Part shown: piece by piece, positions 24,001 through 39,000 of the stretch
Layout of the letters: the number at the start of each line of letters is the position of its first letter
Position numbering within the stretch: position 1 is the first letter of the stretch
Assembly: GCA_965637545.1 (NCBI GenBank)
Contig: OZ281495.1
Coordinates: 13,826,001 to 13,890,000, forward strand
Length of the DNA: 64,000 nucleotides
DNA from: Phallusia mammillata
Lineage: Eukaryota
Reading direction: 5' to 3'
Translations under genes and position numbers: made by a program
The notes under the pieces: model-generated
Told to the model about the DNA's origin: nothing
Databases searched by the model: none
The model's input: only the letters and a program-made list of their open reading frames with translations

Positions 24001-27000
24001 GATATCCGGCCGTTGGGGTCACTAGGAGCGCTGAAGAGGACCTTTACTGCGGTGGAGTTGTTCAAGACAGTGGAAACTTTGAAGTCTTGAGGGAAATCAG
24101 ACGGCACTAAAAAGTAATTGGGTGATAGGCCTGCGATTTTTGTTTAAATTAGTTGTTTACGGAAAACTTTAAAACACAATAAACTTCTTAAAACGTTGGA
24201 CATACTTTGCATAGTTTCCAGTTTTTTAGACAAAGCCATTACAAAGCAATTTCGCAACCTGAAGTAAGACACGTATTAGCAAAGATGTCCAAATAAATAT
24301 TAAAAAACTAAAAAACGGCAATGTACACAATTCTTGTGGTGAGTATTCTGGCCAACAAGTAGGCCTAATTATCGCTGACGCTAGCATAATGCGGAAAATT
24401 TAAAGCAAACCGCGTTTTACAAAGTAAAATTATCATCGAACACGAAAGATTTGCGTGGTAAAAAAGCTGTTTCGCAGGACAAAAAATTTGCTTAATTACG
24501 TTCAATTGTGCGCTCAATTAACCCAACCGTGCAAAAGCACATTTCTCTCAACGGGAGAGTACGATCGATTTGCCAGACTGCTTGATAGCCCTCGGAGGCG
24601 ATAAGAAGCGATTGGTGTCACTGGGTTGCAATTAAAAGATCAAAACCTTTCGCTGCAAACCTAAAAATACGTACCGTCTTCGTGGGTATCGACCATCACT
24701 GCTTCGCTGGATAAATTTCCCTTAGAGGTAATGGCTGACACTGTTACCACATATGAGTTGAATTCGTCCAATCCACCAATCACGTGATCTCGTACGTCCG
24801 GCGCTAAAATTGGACTTTCGGTGGTCTAATAAGAAATAAAGTTGTAACTTATTTTTTTGGCCGCCAATTTCATCATGGCAACAGCAAAAAGCAATGAAAT
24901 GTAAGAAATAGGAGATACTGCAATTAAAGGAAACAAAAAAGGGGTTCCTTTTTAATATTGAGATTTTAAACGCAAAGTTTTTGAGTAGGTTTAACGTATT
25001 GGAGATAAGAGACAAAACTGTACATAAAAAAATAAACAAACTCAACCATTAGCACCTAAAATTCCAAAAACGTAACATTTAGAGGTTTGAATGCGATAAA
25101 AAAAACATGTAGATTTGTCCCACAGCCAACTTGAAATTTCTATGCCAATTTGACACCTATTTCAAATACAGCGAAACAAAAAAGCAACTTTAGCCAACGA
25201 CATGAGACCTACGTTCGCAAGACGCCACGCTCTGATATCCACGACCTGCAAGAAAATCGACAAACTCCAACATAACTTCATGCTGCCTGCTCAAAGTCCC
25301 TCGGTACTGTTTACAACGACGTTACATTACTTAAATGACAAGTTCTCGCTTCTTGCACGATGATGAGCATCGAATTAAGAAGGAAACGCGCTTATTGGAA
25401 CCTCAATCCAACGTTTTTAATCGTATTATGGCGATCGCTTGTATTGTGCAGTTGTGTGGTGGTGACCGGTTGTCAAGCATATCTAAGTGGTGTCACGTGC
25501 ACACTGTTGACAAGGGTGGGGTACATATAGGATATGAACTGCAAATATGTATATGTACACGTTTATGCAGATATGCCCATCAGGACAAGTAAAGCTCGTA
25601 GGCCACACTGCAATGTTTTAAAAAATGTTTTTGTGTTCGTTCACAACCAATATTACATACGCTGAGTGACTTATATCACTCTCCTCAATGAGGATGAGCA
25701 GTCCTCATTCAAAATCAGTGTAAAAAAAACTGATTACCCACAAGCTAAAACATTACAGCGCGTTTTTACCTTTAGTGATTAGCAGGCAATCTACTGGATC
25801 GATATATTTTACTGACAGCCCGGTATGCTGTTGCATGTAGTAATATGAGCGGCGCGTAATAAGCGAGCAACGGGCTCAAATTTCGGGCCGGGATATCGAA
25901 CGGTGCTCTGTTGGAAATGACCGTTGCAAGTGGTCACCCACCGCTGCCAACATATGGTCACAATGCATGAGACTGTTGGTAGCAACTGTGATTTCCAGCT
26001 GGTATGTAGAGTCAGGCTACCAGCGAAAAAATAGACAGGGTTGCCATAGATGCAGTGTGTGAAAAGTGTTTCTGGGAAATCGTGCGGATTTTCTGTCATA
26101 TTTATTGATATATGCTCGAGGGTAGCGTAGGTAGGTGCAACAGTTACTGTCATTGGGATAAGAGCATTATCTAAGTCTTATGTCAGTGTCTTTTTGCTTA
26201 GCTCTCATTTTGATCGTTTGCAGCCAACGCAGTTAGTGCATGAATAGGAGCAGTCCTTTACTTTGGACAGAGAGCTGGAAATAAAATTGAAACACAAATG
26301 ACTAAGGAATAAAACGTTGTGGTTGCTGAACAATATTACGCGAGTTAGTTTACATGGGTCGATTTTAGGTCGTATTTCATTATGACTTCGAACTATTCAA
26401 TTGATACGCAGGTCTAATGGGAAATACCCATAATAGCCAATATGTACGTGAAAAAGCAATGATCATGCCTTCATCAGTATCATGAAGTGCTAAATATTCC
26501 TCACGGATGTTAGCATGATCATTTGACGAAACGTCTAAGAATTCAGCATGTCGCTTCTTTTTTGATTAACATTTTGCTAGTATACTTTTCATTAGAGTTA
26601 TGAACGGAACGTAGTATCTCGAGGTAGGCGAAATAATTAACTGTTGACCAACAAAGACCGTTTGTAAGTTTGAATTGATAATAGTTGTTTGTTTATTTGT
26701 GGGTGTGGTAGGTTGGTTAACTAGGAAAATGGCCAATAAGTGTTGTATTGCTTTGCTTTCTATAATCAACGTCGGTGTGGCACTACAGACAAACGGTAAG
26801 TACACTCAGAATGCAACAAACTTGTAATGTGCCTAAAGGTGTTAACACTGAATCGTAAATTTGGATCTTGCAGAAAGAACACAATCCACAGTTTTTGTAG
26901 CAGTTTTTGTGGCTTGGTAAACAGTAGATTCGCTTTTGTTCGACTTGTATACTCTGTAATTAAACTAACTCCAGATCTAACTGGGGCTTGTTTTTTTTTC

Positions 27001-30000
27001 AAACCATAAAAATAAGTTAAAAAGTGGCCGTGAAACAGTTTTAAACAAACCGTATAGAATGCAACAAAATGTGCAGCTGTTGTGACTGTCCAGTTACTGC
27101 ACTAACACTAAATCATGAAATGTATGTAATTTAATGTCCCCCGTGATTTTACAGTGCTACAATATGCACCTCAAGGAAAGGGTGGGATTTGGATTGACAC
27201 GGAAGAAATAAACCAAAAGAACGGCACCCTTGGTGTAGAAAAAAACTCTTTACTACAAGTCGTTGGAGTCCCTTACTTCACCCAAGAAAGGGAGAGGGGA
27301 CCGAAGTGTTTTGCATGCTCTGGGCTGGAATGCGCCATACCCAGGCAAACCGGACAAAACGCAGAGTTGCAGTGCGATTATGGTGATGTGTGTTGGGTAG
27401 GTTGTATGGTATAAATGCGGTTGTAGCTATGATGGCTATATTTTATTTCTTGCTTTAAGGTAGTATGTGATCCTGTTTGTAAAATGTAAATTCCGTTTGT
27501 ACATGCCGTGATTAGCCTAATGGTTAAACATTTATAAATCGAACTATACAATTTTACATGTAAATCTTCTGCACAAACTGCTAATTAGCGTTTGTTCCGG
27601 TTATACCAGTTCTCAAGTATGAGCCAGCACTTGGGCGTTTGTAATCATAAAAGGGGCGCTAAAGTAGGGGATTTTTTTATTTAAGGAAGTAGGGTGTAAG
27701 AAAAAAATCGGACAGCTAAAACGTTACACGGCGGCAATTTAGTTCAAAGATCTTTAAACGATTAAAACAATATTTCCACATGATGAATATTTTTTCTTGA
27801 AACCTTAACTTCATAAACCATTTTTTTGTGAAACTATTTGTTGCGGTTTCCGTCTTACAATTAAGGGGGCCATTTCAATTCAAATAGTTGCTTATGCGGC
27901 GGTACAAAAAAGCATGTGCATCCACATGGTTGAACAATTTAGCTGGACACGACATATCGATTTCAATTTGAGGTGTCAAATTTCTTTCAGACAATTGAGA
28001 CGATAGAGCGGGAACCGAACGCAGAAGCAATCTACTTCCGGGGCTGTGGACGAGTTGACAAACAGAAGTGTGCTGGGAATGAATATGACAGACCACCATC
28101 CAGAAGCACCGCTGGGCAACGAAAGGAAGCAAACGGCCCCGAATATTGCGATTGGAGTACTTCCATCAGTCAATGCAAGTCTTGCTGCGTAACTGACTAC
28201 TGCAACGGTGCTCGTTTGTTCACTGGTTTGACCGGTGAGGCTATGGACAGTTTAAAAAATGGAGCCGGGCGAACTTTAAGTTGCATCGGGTTTGACGGCG
28301 TTAGTCACGCGGCATATGAAAGCGCGTTTCGCCGCGGCTGTTTTATTGCTGTAATTTGGTGGATAACATTAGTCATCACCTTCCCACCTCCCAATTAGGA
28401 CAACATTAAGGTGTTTTGGCCATTTTGAAGGAAAATGATAGAATTGAGATTCCTGACAATTGAAAAAGCCTATCCAGTGTTCATCGAAGCGTAGACAATC
28501 AAGAACAGATTGCTTGAAACGACGATTAGTATTTATGTCCTAATTTTGTTTTTATGAACTTTAACGCTATGACATTACTGTGAATATGTTGTTTAAACGT
28601 CGCTTTACAGGGCGATACAATTGTAAAGGGTTTAGTAACCTATCGCCTAGTATTGCTTTTTCACGCACCCTTTTTTCACCTTTAACGGGTGACCTTTGTT
28701 CAATGCGGCTTAGGTGCCAAAAGTCTCACTGTCATTGTGCCAAATCTACGTGAAACACTAGCCATGTGCAAATAAATGAGCATTATCACAAAAATGCTGT
28801 ACTTTTTGATAAACCGGGTCTGCCAATCACACGCCTGGCTTAAATCCAACATACCCAAACAGATAGGTTAAGTTTTGTTTTGAATGGTCCAAAACTAGAC
28901 TTGTTAGCACAAAGCAAACAACCGATGTGTTAATAGTTTGAGGATCAAAGTTCGTAAAAATAAAAACTTCTCATTTCAAATTTGCCACAACAAATCACTT
29001 ACTAAATTTGAGTTGGTCACGGTAACTTTGTACCGCGTCATTCCAGCAAGAACGGACGGCTCAGACCACGTGACATTTACAGACGTGGACGTTAGCGCCA
29101 CCGCGTGTACATTTCTGGGTGGTTCATCCGGAACTGAAATTAAAACACGAATTACTTCATCGTTGTAAATATTCACCACGGAAAGATGGTGAATTTGGAA
29201 TGAACCGAAAGCAAAATGGGTATCATCCCTGAAATGAATGGAAGCATTCTACGTGTGGTAAAATATGAATGAAACGACCGCTACTCCCACCTCCCACGTC
29301 AGTTCGTTGCGTCATAGGTGACGTAGCGCGACCAACACCTCTGCCGTTTTGGGCCGCCAGCGTAACCGAGTATTCTGCATACTTCCGGAGTGTTGACAAT
29401 GGGTACGATGTCACGAGGCCCGTATTTACAGAACACTGAAACGCCAAAAGTAATTTACTCTTCTTCAAACATTCAATCAGTTATTATATAGAGCGGATAA
29501 AGATAGAGCAATAGCAAAAAACTTGACCAGGTGTAACCTTACTTACCTGTGGGACTGTCCCTTCAGACGTCAGAGTTCCGTCGTTCATCAAGCAAGCGTC
29601 AGGCGGCCAATAGTTCAAGACGTAGTTGTTTAATATTCCATTGGGTCGAAGCGGTCTTCGCCAAGTGATTTTGATACTTGTGTCGGTGAAATCGGAGACT
29701 CGCACACCAACGGGTAAGCTGGGAACTGAAATGATTAAAAAACGAGTGTCAAAAAGTTGACTGACAAAATAGTGTTCGAACGTAGAAGAAAGATTTTCTT
29801 TGGTCCCAACTGCGCATTGTCATTTGAGACACCCGGGATTTTAGAAAAGATTTGTATTTTCCCTTGAATTTGAAAAATCACTGTATAAAAATAATCATAT
29901 TCTACAATTCTAGTACTGAATGAACACATAGTAATTTCACTGAGAGTATTTGAACTGAACAGTATCTGACCCTCCAACAGGCAGCATGGTCATCGACGAT

Positions 30001-33000
30001 CACCGTTTATTTAATTAAATAACTAAGAATGGAAAGTATTTATTTAGTAATAAGTAATTGCTTCTAAAATAAGATAAGAACTGGCTTGCTGTTTCTTAAA
30101 ATGCGGCCCTTTATTAAAGGTTGTGTGGCCCGCAGAGACGCTTGGATTTCAAATGTACTGGCAAATGAGTCCATGCAACTATTACATATTTTTGAGCAGA
30201 TTAATGCGCCCGATGCTATTTTTCTGCGACCTGGCAATTTGTGGCTAGAATCAAATACGAATTTACTTGTAGTTAAGCATATTTGGAAAGCAACAAAGAA
30301 AAATCACCTTGTTTGATACACAGGTGCGGTCCGCGATCTAATTTTGGCATTTGTATTTGCCCCCACAGTAACAAAGGTTGCACACCCCTGCATTAGGCTA
30401 CAACAAAGTTTTAATTCAAAGTGGCTGTTTTTCTTCAAACAATTAAAAAGTCATATAACAGAAAGGTAGGAAAGTAATATATAAAGAGTACAGGCCCAGT
30501 GTCACTGGTTTTCTATGCAAACTTACATCCTTCGTTGGTTCGACGCGTGCACTGAGCAAAAGGTCCAGGTCCAATCGCAGTACTAGCTGAGACCCCAATA
30601 TCATATTCAGTATATGGTAGAAGTGACGTAATCAAACTTTCTTGTGTTAAAGGATCAATAGGTAACGTTTCAGCTGTTTGTTGACTATCGGGTATCTGGT
30701 ACTTGATGGTGTAACCAGTTAGAACCCCGTTTGGTTGCTCTGGTGTGTTCCATTCAACTTTGATAGAGAATTCGTTGATTACGGTGCAAACGAGACCCAT
30801 TGGCATTGTCGGCACTGAAAACAGAGTTTCAGTTTACAAATATGATGAATGTAGGTCGGCATTTCGCTAACGGTTTTAAGACAAAGGTGTAACAAGAAGA
30901 CAAAGGTGTAACAAGACTATATCTGTTAATTCCTTGATGATCTTCATATTCCATTCATAATTTCTAGTGTTTGGGTATTTTTTGTGTGTTTTTGTTATAA
31001 TTATAGCCGGATTCTAAAACAAAATCGACAAATACTGGATCGTTCTGGTAAGAAATTTATTCTACTTTCATCTCCGCATGTACTGGAATTAAATCGTTGA
31101 TACAGAAAATAAACAGAAACCGATTGACAAAAAGACCTATCCAATAAAGTAAAAATGCAGACACAAACATCAAAAACGTTTTCATTGACAATTATTATTG
31201 GCATCGATAATAATCATTGTTTGAAAAAAATTCACAATAAATTTAAAAAAATATTACATCACTTGCAGAAAAACCTGGGCGATTTACAAAACACAACTTT
31301 AAAGCAAAAAATACTGAACCATCTTACCAGCTTCATCTGTTGTGAATTGAACTTGGTTAGACAGCGGTCCTGTGCCAGCAACAGTAGATGCTCGTATACT
31401 TATGGTGTACAGGGTGAAAGGTCGAAGGTCAATTAACTCAGCTCGCGGTTCCTCTACAAAAACGCTGCTGACCCCAGTGTCATGTTTGCTTGAGTACTGC
31501 ACCTCGTAACCAGTTATGACACCATTCGGCACCAAAGGTTGGTCCCAAGATACATTAGCACTTCTAGATGATTGTTGCATCTGTATATTGCACAATTAGC
31601 TAAGGTTTTTAAGCATGTGTAACAAACCGCTGGTTTAAGGGGTTTTCTTACCATGATATTGAGTGGAGGATCGTCTGGTACATCTTGCGCTGTTTGAAAC
31701 TGAAAGCTGGTGTTAGGACCTGGTCCAACACTGGTAAAGCTGGTCACAGTGGCGCTGTAGTTTTTAAATTTTGAAAGACCTTCCACAACCATTTCAGTCT
31801 GATTTCCTGTAGCAAAAACATTTGCTTAAACTAAGTTGTTGTTTTTGTCTACAAAGAGAGAGTTTCGTTTTCATCAATCATTGGTGAGAAATTCAATCTG
31901 TAGGGCGTCTTTACACTTGCCAAATATTCTATTATTCACAGTAAGATTCTTTTCGCTATAAGCACTCCTGTATTTCCCTACATAACTTACCTATAGACGT
32001 AAGTTGGTCAAGGCCTTCTATATCAATTGTGTATCGCACTATAATTCCATTAGGTTGTAACGGTGGATCCCAGACGAGAGTGACCGATGTCGATGTGAGT
32101 TCGCTGTAGCGAAGATTGTCTACAGGCGTTGCTGGCAAGTCTTGCAGGGTGGTGGTCGACACAAAAGATGGTGGTCCATAACCATCAACACCAGAGACAA
32201 AGGGTAAGACTTGGACGGTGTAGGTGGTGTACGGCTGTCAAAGAAAATAAAACTAAATTGAAATACTGGAATAAAAAACGTTTGTGCCATTAACCCGCTT
32301 TTTTTAGTTTGTACATAGACGATTATCTAAACACGCGTATGTATCGTCGGTACCAACATAATTTGTATTTTTTAAGATCAGAAGAAAAAAGCAGTCTCCA
32401 AAAACTTCAACGTTACCAGCAGTCCTGATATTACGGCCTCTTCGAGTGCAACGCTTTGTTTGGTGTCCACCATTTCTGACACACCATCGGTTGCTAGGGA
32501 CGTTGAGACGTGATATAAAGTTGGGCCTGTTAGTGGATGCTGTGGAGACCAATTCACCATTATAGACGTGGAGTTATGTGGTCGAGCAGTAAGGTTTACC
32601 ACAGGATGGTCGGGAACTGAAACCAAATATTGAAACCATTTATGCAAGAAAACACCAAATTAGACAAACCATTAACTTAAACAAAACTAAAAAAAACAGT
32701 ACAGCACATATTAATCTCACCGCAGAGCAGTTTTTAAGTGTAAAGCGTTAGTACTTTACTTAGTAGCTGAAAACAGACATATAGGCTACCTACCATTGCT
32801 ACGTAATACATAGTCGTTAATAAACCAACGAACATGCGTCATGCAAGAAAACAAAAGCGAAAGAATGGTTGTTAGTTTCATGACAACGTCACTTACCCCC
32901 AGCAATAGTCGAACCTTGAACCACGTCGGACCAAGGACCAGATCCCTTAGATGTGAAAGCAGAAATTTTCACTGAAAAGGCAAAAAATTTTGGCAACCCA

Positions 33001-36000
33001 GACACTGTGGCTCGGATTGAACTATTTGAGATTTTGAACTCTGTTGATTCGACGTTTGCGTATTCCAGACCCGAATTTTGACAAGAAACGTTGTAGCCCA
33101 GGATCACTCCGTTGGGACTAGCAGGTTCAAGCCACGATATTGTAAGCTGGGTTGACTTTGTGTCAGCAATCGTCACGTCCCTTGGTGAACTTGGCACTGG
33201 AAACAAATACACTTGATTTAAATGATTGAATTCTCGAAAATTCGTTCGGATTTTTTTTACTTGCTAATTTGGTGTTACACAGAGTGTCAAACCAAAATGT
33301 GATAGCTCAACATAATAAATTAACTATGTCGTGTCATTAAATAAAAACGTAATTGTTAAACCTATACACAGTTTGGGCCAAATTTGCTTACTTTTATCAT
33401 ACTAATGAAAATTTCTCTAAACGCAAACTTAACCCACCTGATTCTAACGTGCGGACACTGCACTCCGCAGGGACACCAACACCGGCCGAAGTGGTACCCG
33501 ATACCATCACAGTGTATGTGGTGTATGGTTGTAGTTCTTGCAACTGTTGCTGGTTAGTGTGTACATTTTGGACCACCACACTCTCGTCGGATCCTGATGT
33601 ATTAACAACAAATCCAAGCGAAACTCCGTTCCATTTTAATGGGTCTGACCAAATGACCAAAACGCTCTGTTCATCCACAGCTTTGCAAGAAAGGTTCGCG
33701 GGCTCGCTGGGTGCTGTGAAATAAATAAAACGCAAGCGCGCCATAGAGAAGATTGCAGTAAATCTGCTCCTGACGAACAACTAAAGCACAGCTACAATGT
33801 CCATGTTAGACAGCGAATTGAAGGCAAAGTGATAATGAAAAAGGTTTGCTAGGACAGAGTTAGTGTAACTACATAGCAGGATGTCTCTTTGGGTTACAAT
33901 ACCAATGCATAGGCATAAGTTGAACTTACCATCTTCCATAGTGCGGACGCGCACAATACTGCTATTCTGTCCCCCGTCTCCCAGCGCTGTACTCGCAGTC
34001 ACCATGATGTCATATTGGGTATACTTGCGAAGATTTTCTAGCACCGTTTCTTCGGCGTGGAAGACCTAACACATTGTTGTAAATTTACTAATAAGATAGC
34101 GCTTTTCTATACTATACAATGTCCAGGTATTATGTAAATACTATTTATACTGGAAATGCAAAATCTAAGTTATCTACTTTAGTCTATAATACATCTAATA
34201 CGCAATAGACGCAACAAAACGCAATTTTTTGGTAGGTTATATATTTAGATCACGGTTTTCTCGAAAAAAATAAAATTTGTAAATGGCGTATAATAGTTTG
34301 TATCAAGCTTGGTCATTGCATTATTTGCACATTTTATTAGCCTAGATTCCGTAAATTGCATGGTTTATATAATACATTGGTAGATCATAACTAAAAACTT
34401 TTGAAAACGTACATCTGTAGTTTTAGTATCGCCTCCCAGTTGAGTATAATATGCAGTGTAGAACTGAATGCGTCCGTTCGGCGTCAAGGGCGGTTGCCAG
34501 GCGACCCTCACTGATGTCGACGTCAGTGGCTCCACAGAGACCCCACGTGGCGGGTCTTCAGGGTCTAACAAGGAACGGTAGAAAAATGTTTGAAAAGTCG
34601 TTCAGAAAGCACAATAACCACAACAAAAATAAAACAAAACAAAGTATGAAACAGATGCCTACCGTCTTCCAGTGTTTCGAAGGTTTCCATTTGGCTGGAT
34701 TGGCTTCCATTCCCAACTCTTGTGTAGGGAACCACAGTAACTTTGTAGACAGCAGACTTTCTCAGGTTGGTGAGGGTAACTCTTGAAGAACGTGACGTCA
34801 CCAAGCGCATGACCTTATCTTGCACGCCCCTACAATGCACAAATACCTCAACATGCAAACCTATAAAAACTGTCGACATAAAAGCAAGCAACTTTGAAAC
34901 AAAACAGTGACACAAACAGTTACATCTGGGTTTTTTACCCTCAGCGGCAACGGCCATGTTTAGGCGTTTTGTAAAGTTTGGTGGGCATAAAGCATGTAAC
35001 TATTTAAAAAAGACACATTTTCGTACACCAGGCCTACTGAATACGTTATAGGCTACCACAGTGGTTCCCAAACTTTTTTCTTTTAAGGCGCATTTTAGAA
35101 AAAAACAAAAATTATTTGGCGCACTTCGAACATTTGAATAAAAAATATATTTGAATTTTTTTATTTCAGTTTAAAATGGCACAGCAAATTAGCTGACAAA
35201 GGCACTAACTATGAGGTCATAAAGCCGCTATACAGGTCACTCTCATAGTTAAATAGCCTAGTTGAACATCTCAGAGACATGGAGCATGTTGGCCTAGTGG
35301 TCTAAGCACCTGGTGCTACTACTCTACTTGATTGATTTTAATTTCAATATTTTTTGCGGCACACCTAATGACATCTCGCGGCACAGTTTGGGAACCACTG
35401 GGCTACCAAATCAAGCCGGTTTTGTCATTTAGGAATGCTTGGTGCAGCGCAATAACTAGGACTGGTGCACTATTATTAATGTATGAGTGTGCTTAATCGC
35501 TGGTCTGCAAGAACACTTCAAAGCTGATTCCGGTGATCAACATGCGTTTATCTCATACGGATATGCGAAATTTTGCCGCAGGAAAAAATTATAAAAGTTC
35601 GGCCATGCAAACTTCAAATACATAAATACAACAAGTTACTGGTAGCGAATGTCGTAATTGATGACGATTCCGTTCGGTTTCAGGGGTGGTTTCCATTCTA
35701 GTGTTATTGCAGTTGAATTAATTTGGTGGTAAATCACATCGTAAGGTGGGGATGAAGGCTCTATAAAAAAATTATAATTCAATCTAATGATAATCCTTGT
35801 ATGTTTAAAAACCAATAGGCCTCAAAATACATTTTAAGAAATTAACAGAATGGGGTATTCGGACCAAAAAGACTGCATTTGAGATTCATGTATTTGTGGT
35901 GCAATATATGTTTATATACCATCTTCATCAGTGTGCACTTGGATATAGTTCGCTGGTCCCTCTCCCACTATTGTAGCAGCTGTCAGAGTAAAGTTGTACG

Positions 36001-39000
36001 CAGTGTATTTTTCGAGGTCCACAACAATCTCGGAAGTGACATTACCGTTCAGATGCAAAGTCATCACAGTGGTTGGATCATCTGCGCCACAACACTAATT
36101 TAAATTCTTGGTTGCACATGCTAAGGGGGAAAATGCACATGCCAAAGGGAGTACAACATTTGACTACATAGATAATCGCCATATAATTTTTGATCGAATA
36201 TCCTTCAATCCTGCCGGTTTGACTTAATATCAAGATATGTTGCAAAATGTAATTGTACAAGCATTTTGACGAGATTTGTTTTGATTCTTACGTCGAAAGA
36301 TATATTTGTTTCAAATTTTGTTTATCACGTCATGATGTTCAGTGGCTTTTGGAGGAAAATTAAACCTTAAACGTTCCTCACAAAAAAGTGGTAGCACTTT
36401 GGAATTGACACCACGGCTTTTTTGTACTAATATATTTGCAAATGACGCGTGTATAGAAGAAACAAAAAAACGTTTTTAGTCACTGACCCAATGTGTGATA
36501 ACGGAGCATGTAGTAAGTTACTATGCCGTTCGGAATAACGGGTGGTTGCCATTGGATACGAATCGAAGATGAAGTCACATTTTCGTACGAAAAATCAACG
36601 GGGGGTGTTTCCGGGACTATAAAAGCAAAACCAAACCAGGTTTAAAGTTTAATGCGAGAACAACATCCAACACAAACTTACAAAACTTTCACTTTACAAA
36701 TTACAAATTAGTGTATTTTAAAATTAGTAACTTTAGAGAAAATTAGTGTATTTTAAACTTTGCACATTGGTTTAACCATACTCTAACCACTTACCATCTT
36801 GCAAAGTATAAATGGTTAGTAAGTCCGACTCTTTGTCGCCATCTCCGTATTTGGTGTTAGCTCGAACCGATGCACGGTAAGTGTTGTATGGTAGCAATGA
36901 ATCAAGAAGTTTTTCCGGGTTATCATCCTTGGTCACGAAGCTACAATAAATATTTTGCGCACGTCAGTTTTGTAGCAAAGAAAAGTAACCCAAATTCGTT
37001 TTAGATTAACTTTGTTGGCTATTAACGAACGAATGGAAAATGATAAAACGTTATGAAAAGTTTACAATGACAAATAAATACAAACAGTTTATGTAAAATT
37101 CATTTTAAAATGTCATCGCAAAGCGGTATGGCAGACAATGACTTGATTTCGACCAACAATAACAAGATAATTATTCTTATCTTTTTTAAATTACTTACTC
37201 TGTATAACATGAAGATGCATAACCGAAAAGAACAAACCTAGAATTTTCTTCATTTCTTCCATACAACGGTGAAAGCTTCAAGTTATAAAACTGTATAATC
37301 CCGTTTGGAACATCTGGCGGCATCCACGTCATCAACACGCTTCGTGATGTCACATTGACGTAGGAAAGGTTGTAAGGGGGTGTGGCGGGTTGTCCCTCCA
37401 TCGTACGCACGGGTAACGGCTTACTGCGCATTATGCTCTCCCCTTTACTGGTGTTGGACGAAACTCTTATGTTGTATTGACCATATGTTTGTAGTTGCTG
37501 TAGATAACACTCTGTCCGGTTGCTGTAAAAATAATGTTACAAAAGTCATAAACAAAACTCGAATGCTGGATATCTTGAAACCGTACCTTTATGAGATATA
37601 GTTTGTGTTGAAATTGGCATCGGATATTTAACAAGAAAATATCCGTGTGGTTAAAGTGCGCGAAACTTATAAGATTTTTATGTCTTAGATTAAGATAAAA
37701 TAGTTTGAATGGATCAAAACTGTAAGTGTTTGCTTTTTGGTGTTCGGCAATAGCAGTCTCATAAATCCATTTGGCAACAAAAAATTTGTCATCTAATTCT
37801 TTATTCTTGCAATGTAGGTTACAACTTTTACCATTTTACCATTTAGAAACGATACGCCTGTGCCAAGGAACTCTTCACTTTTAGCTTTCTTTTATTCTAA
37901 TCACATTTCATTATTAGCCCAACGTCACTTTAAAATTATACGCCAATTCGCAAAGTGATTTACCTAACTGCGGTGTAAGTCCTTGTTGAATTCGTGTAGT
38001 AAACTGTGTAGGATCGTATTATGCCGTTGGGCACTTTCGGTGGGAGCCACGAAAGGTGGATGGCAGCAGACGATGAAATATTTCTGTAAGTTACATTGGT
38101 GGGAGCATCATCTGGTACATCTTCATCTGTATGAATTGAAAATTGAGGGCTGGAGGGTCCCTCCCCAACTGTAGTATGAGCGCTGACGTAAACCTATGAC
38201 GTAATAGATCGGTGGATTTCAGTCATGGAAACTTACTTAAACAAAATAGAAAAGCAACTACTTTTAAATCTACAAACCACCAAAAAATTAACAAGCATAA
38301 ACTTTTATTTCAGAACTATTTTTTATCTTTATTTTTAATTTGTTTAGAAACATCAAAAGAACGAACTTTTTTTTTAAAAAGGGAAATAAAAAAAAGTTTA
38401 AAAATATCGTACACTATATGGTCTGTATTTCTTCAGGTTTTCAACCACTGCGTACTCTTCCGTAACGTGATGGTTCCTTCTGCCGGATACTTCTGTGATC
38501 AGGACCGAATACCCAGTTACTATACCATTTGGTATCACTGGAGGGCGCCATGTAATATTGACTGCAGTGGAAGTAAGGTTCACATAGGACAAATCAACAG
38601 GCGGCGATTCGGGTCTATCCTGTGCCGTTTGGAACGTTACATGGGCCGTTGGGCCAGGCCCAGCATCAGTTACAGCTTGTACTGTAGCCGTATAGTTGTT
38701 GTAAGGTCGCAAGTGTTGATCGAAGTGGATTATAGGGTCTAGGTAGCGATTGATGATCAGTTTGCCGAGAAGAGTTATGTTAAGCATTGGAGATGTGTTT
38801 ATCAATCTTTCCTCGTATAACCTGGCATCGTCTTCAGTCTTGAAATGTACAGAAAAAGCGTCAACGTTCGTTGCTTTGCTGTTTTTGACTGAAGTTTTTA
38901 AACCCTGGAATGTTTTAGCGACACAAAATCCTGTATAGAACATTTTATACGCCTATGTGCTTTTGTACAACCATTTAAAGCAAGGGGGGGTTTGTGCCAT

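Noticed and set aside
30100-30390. Charlie-like right end (aaggttgcacacccctg) and gcggccc motifs
   Set aside because: No matching left TIR or TSD could be found, so it is too decayed to delimit.
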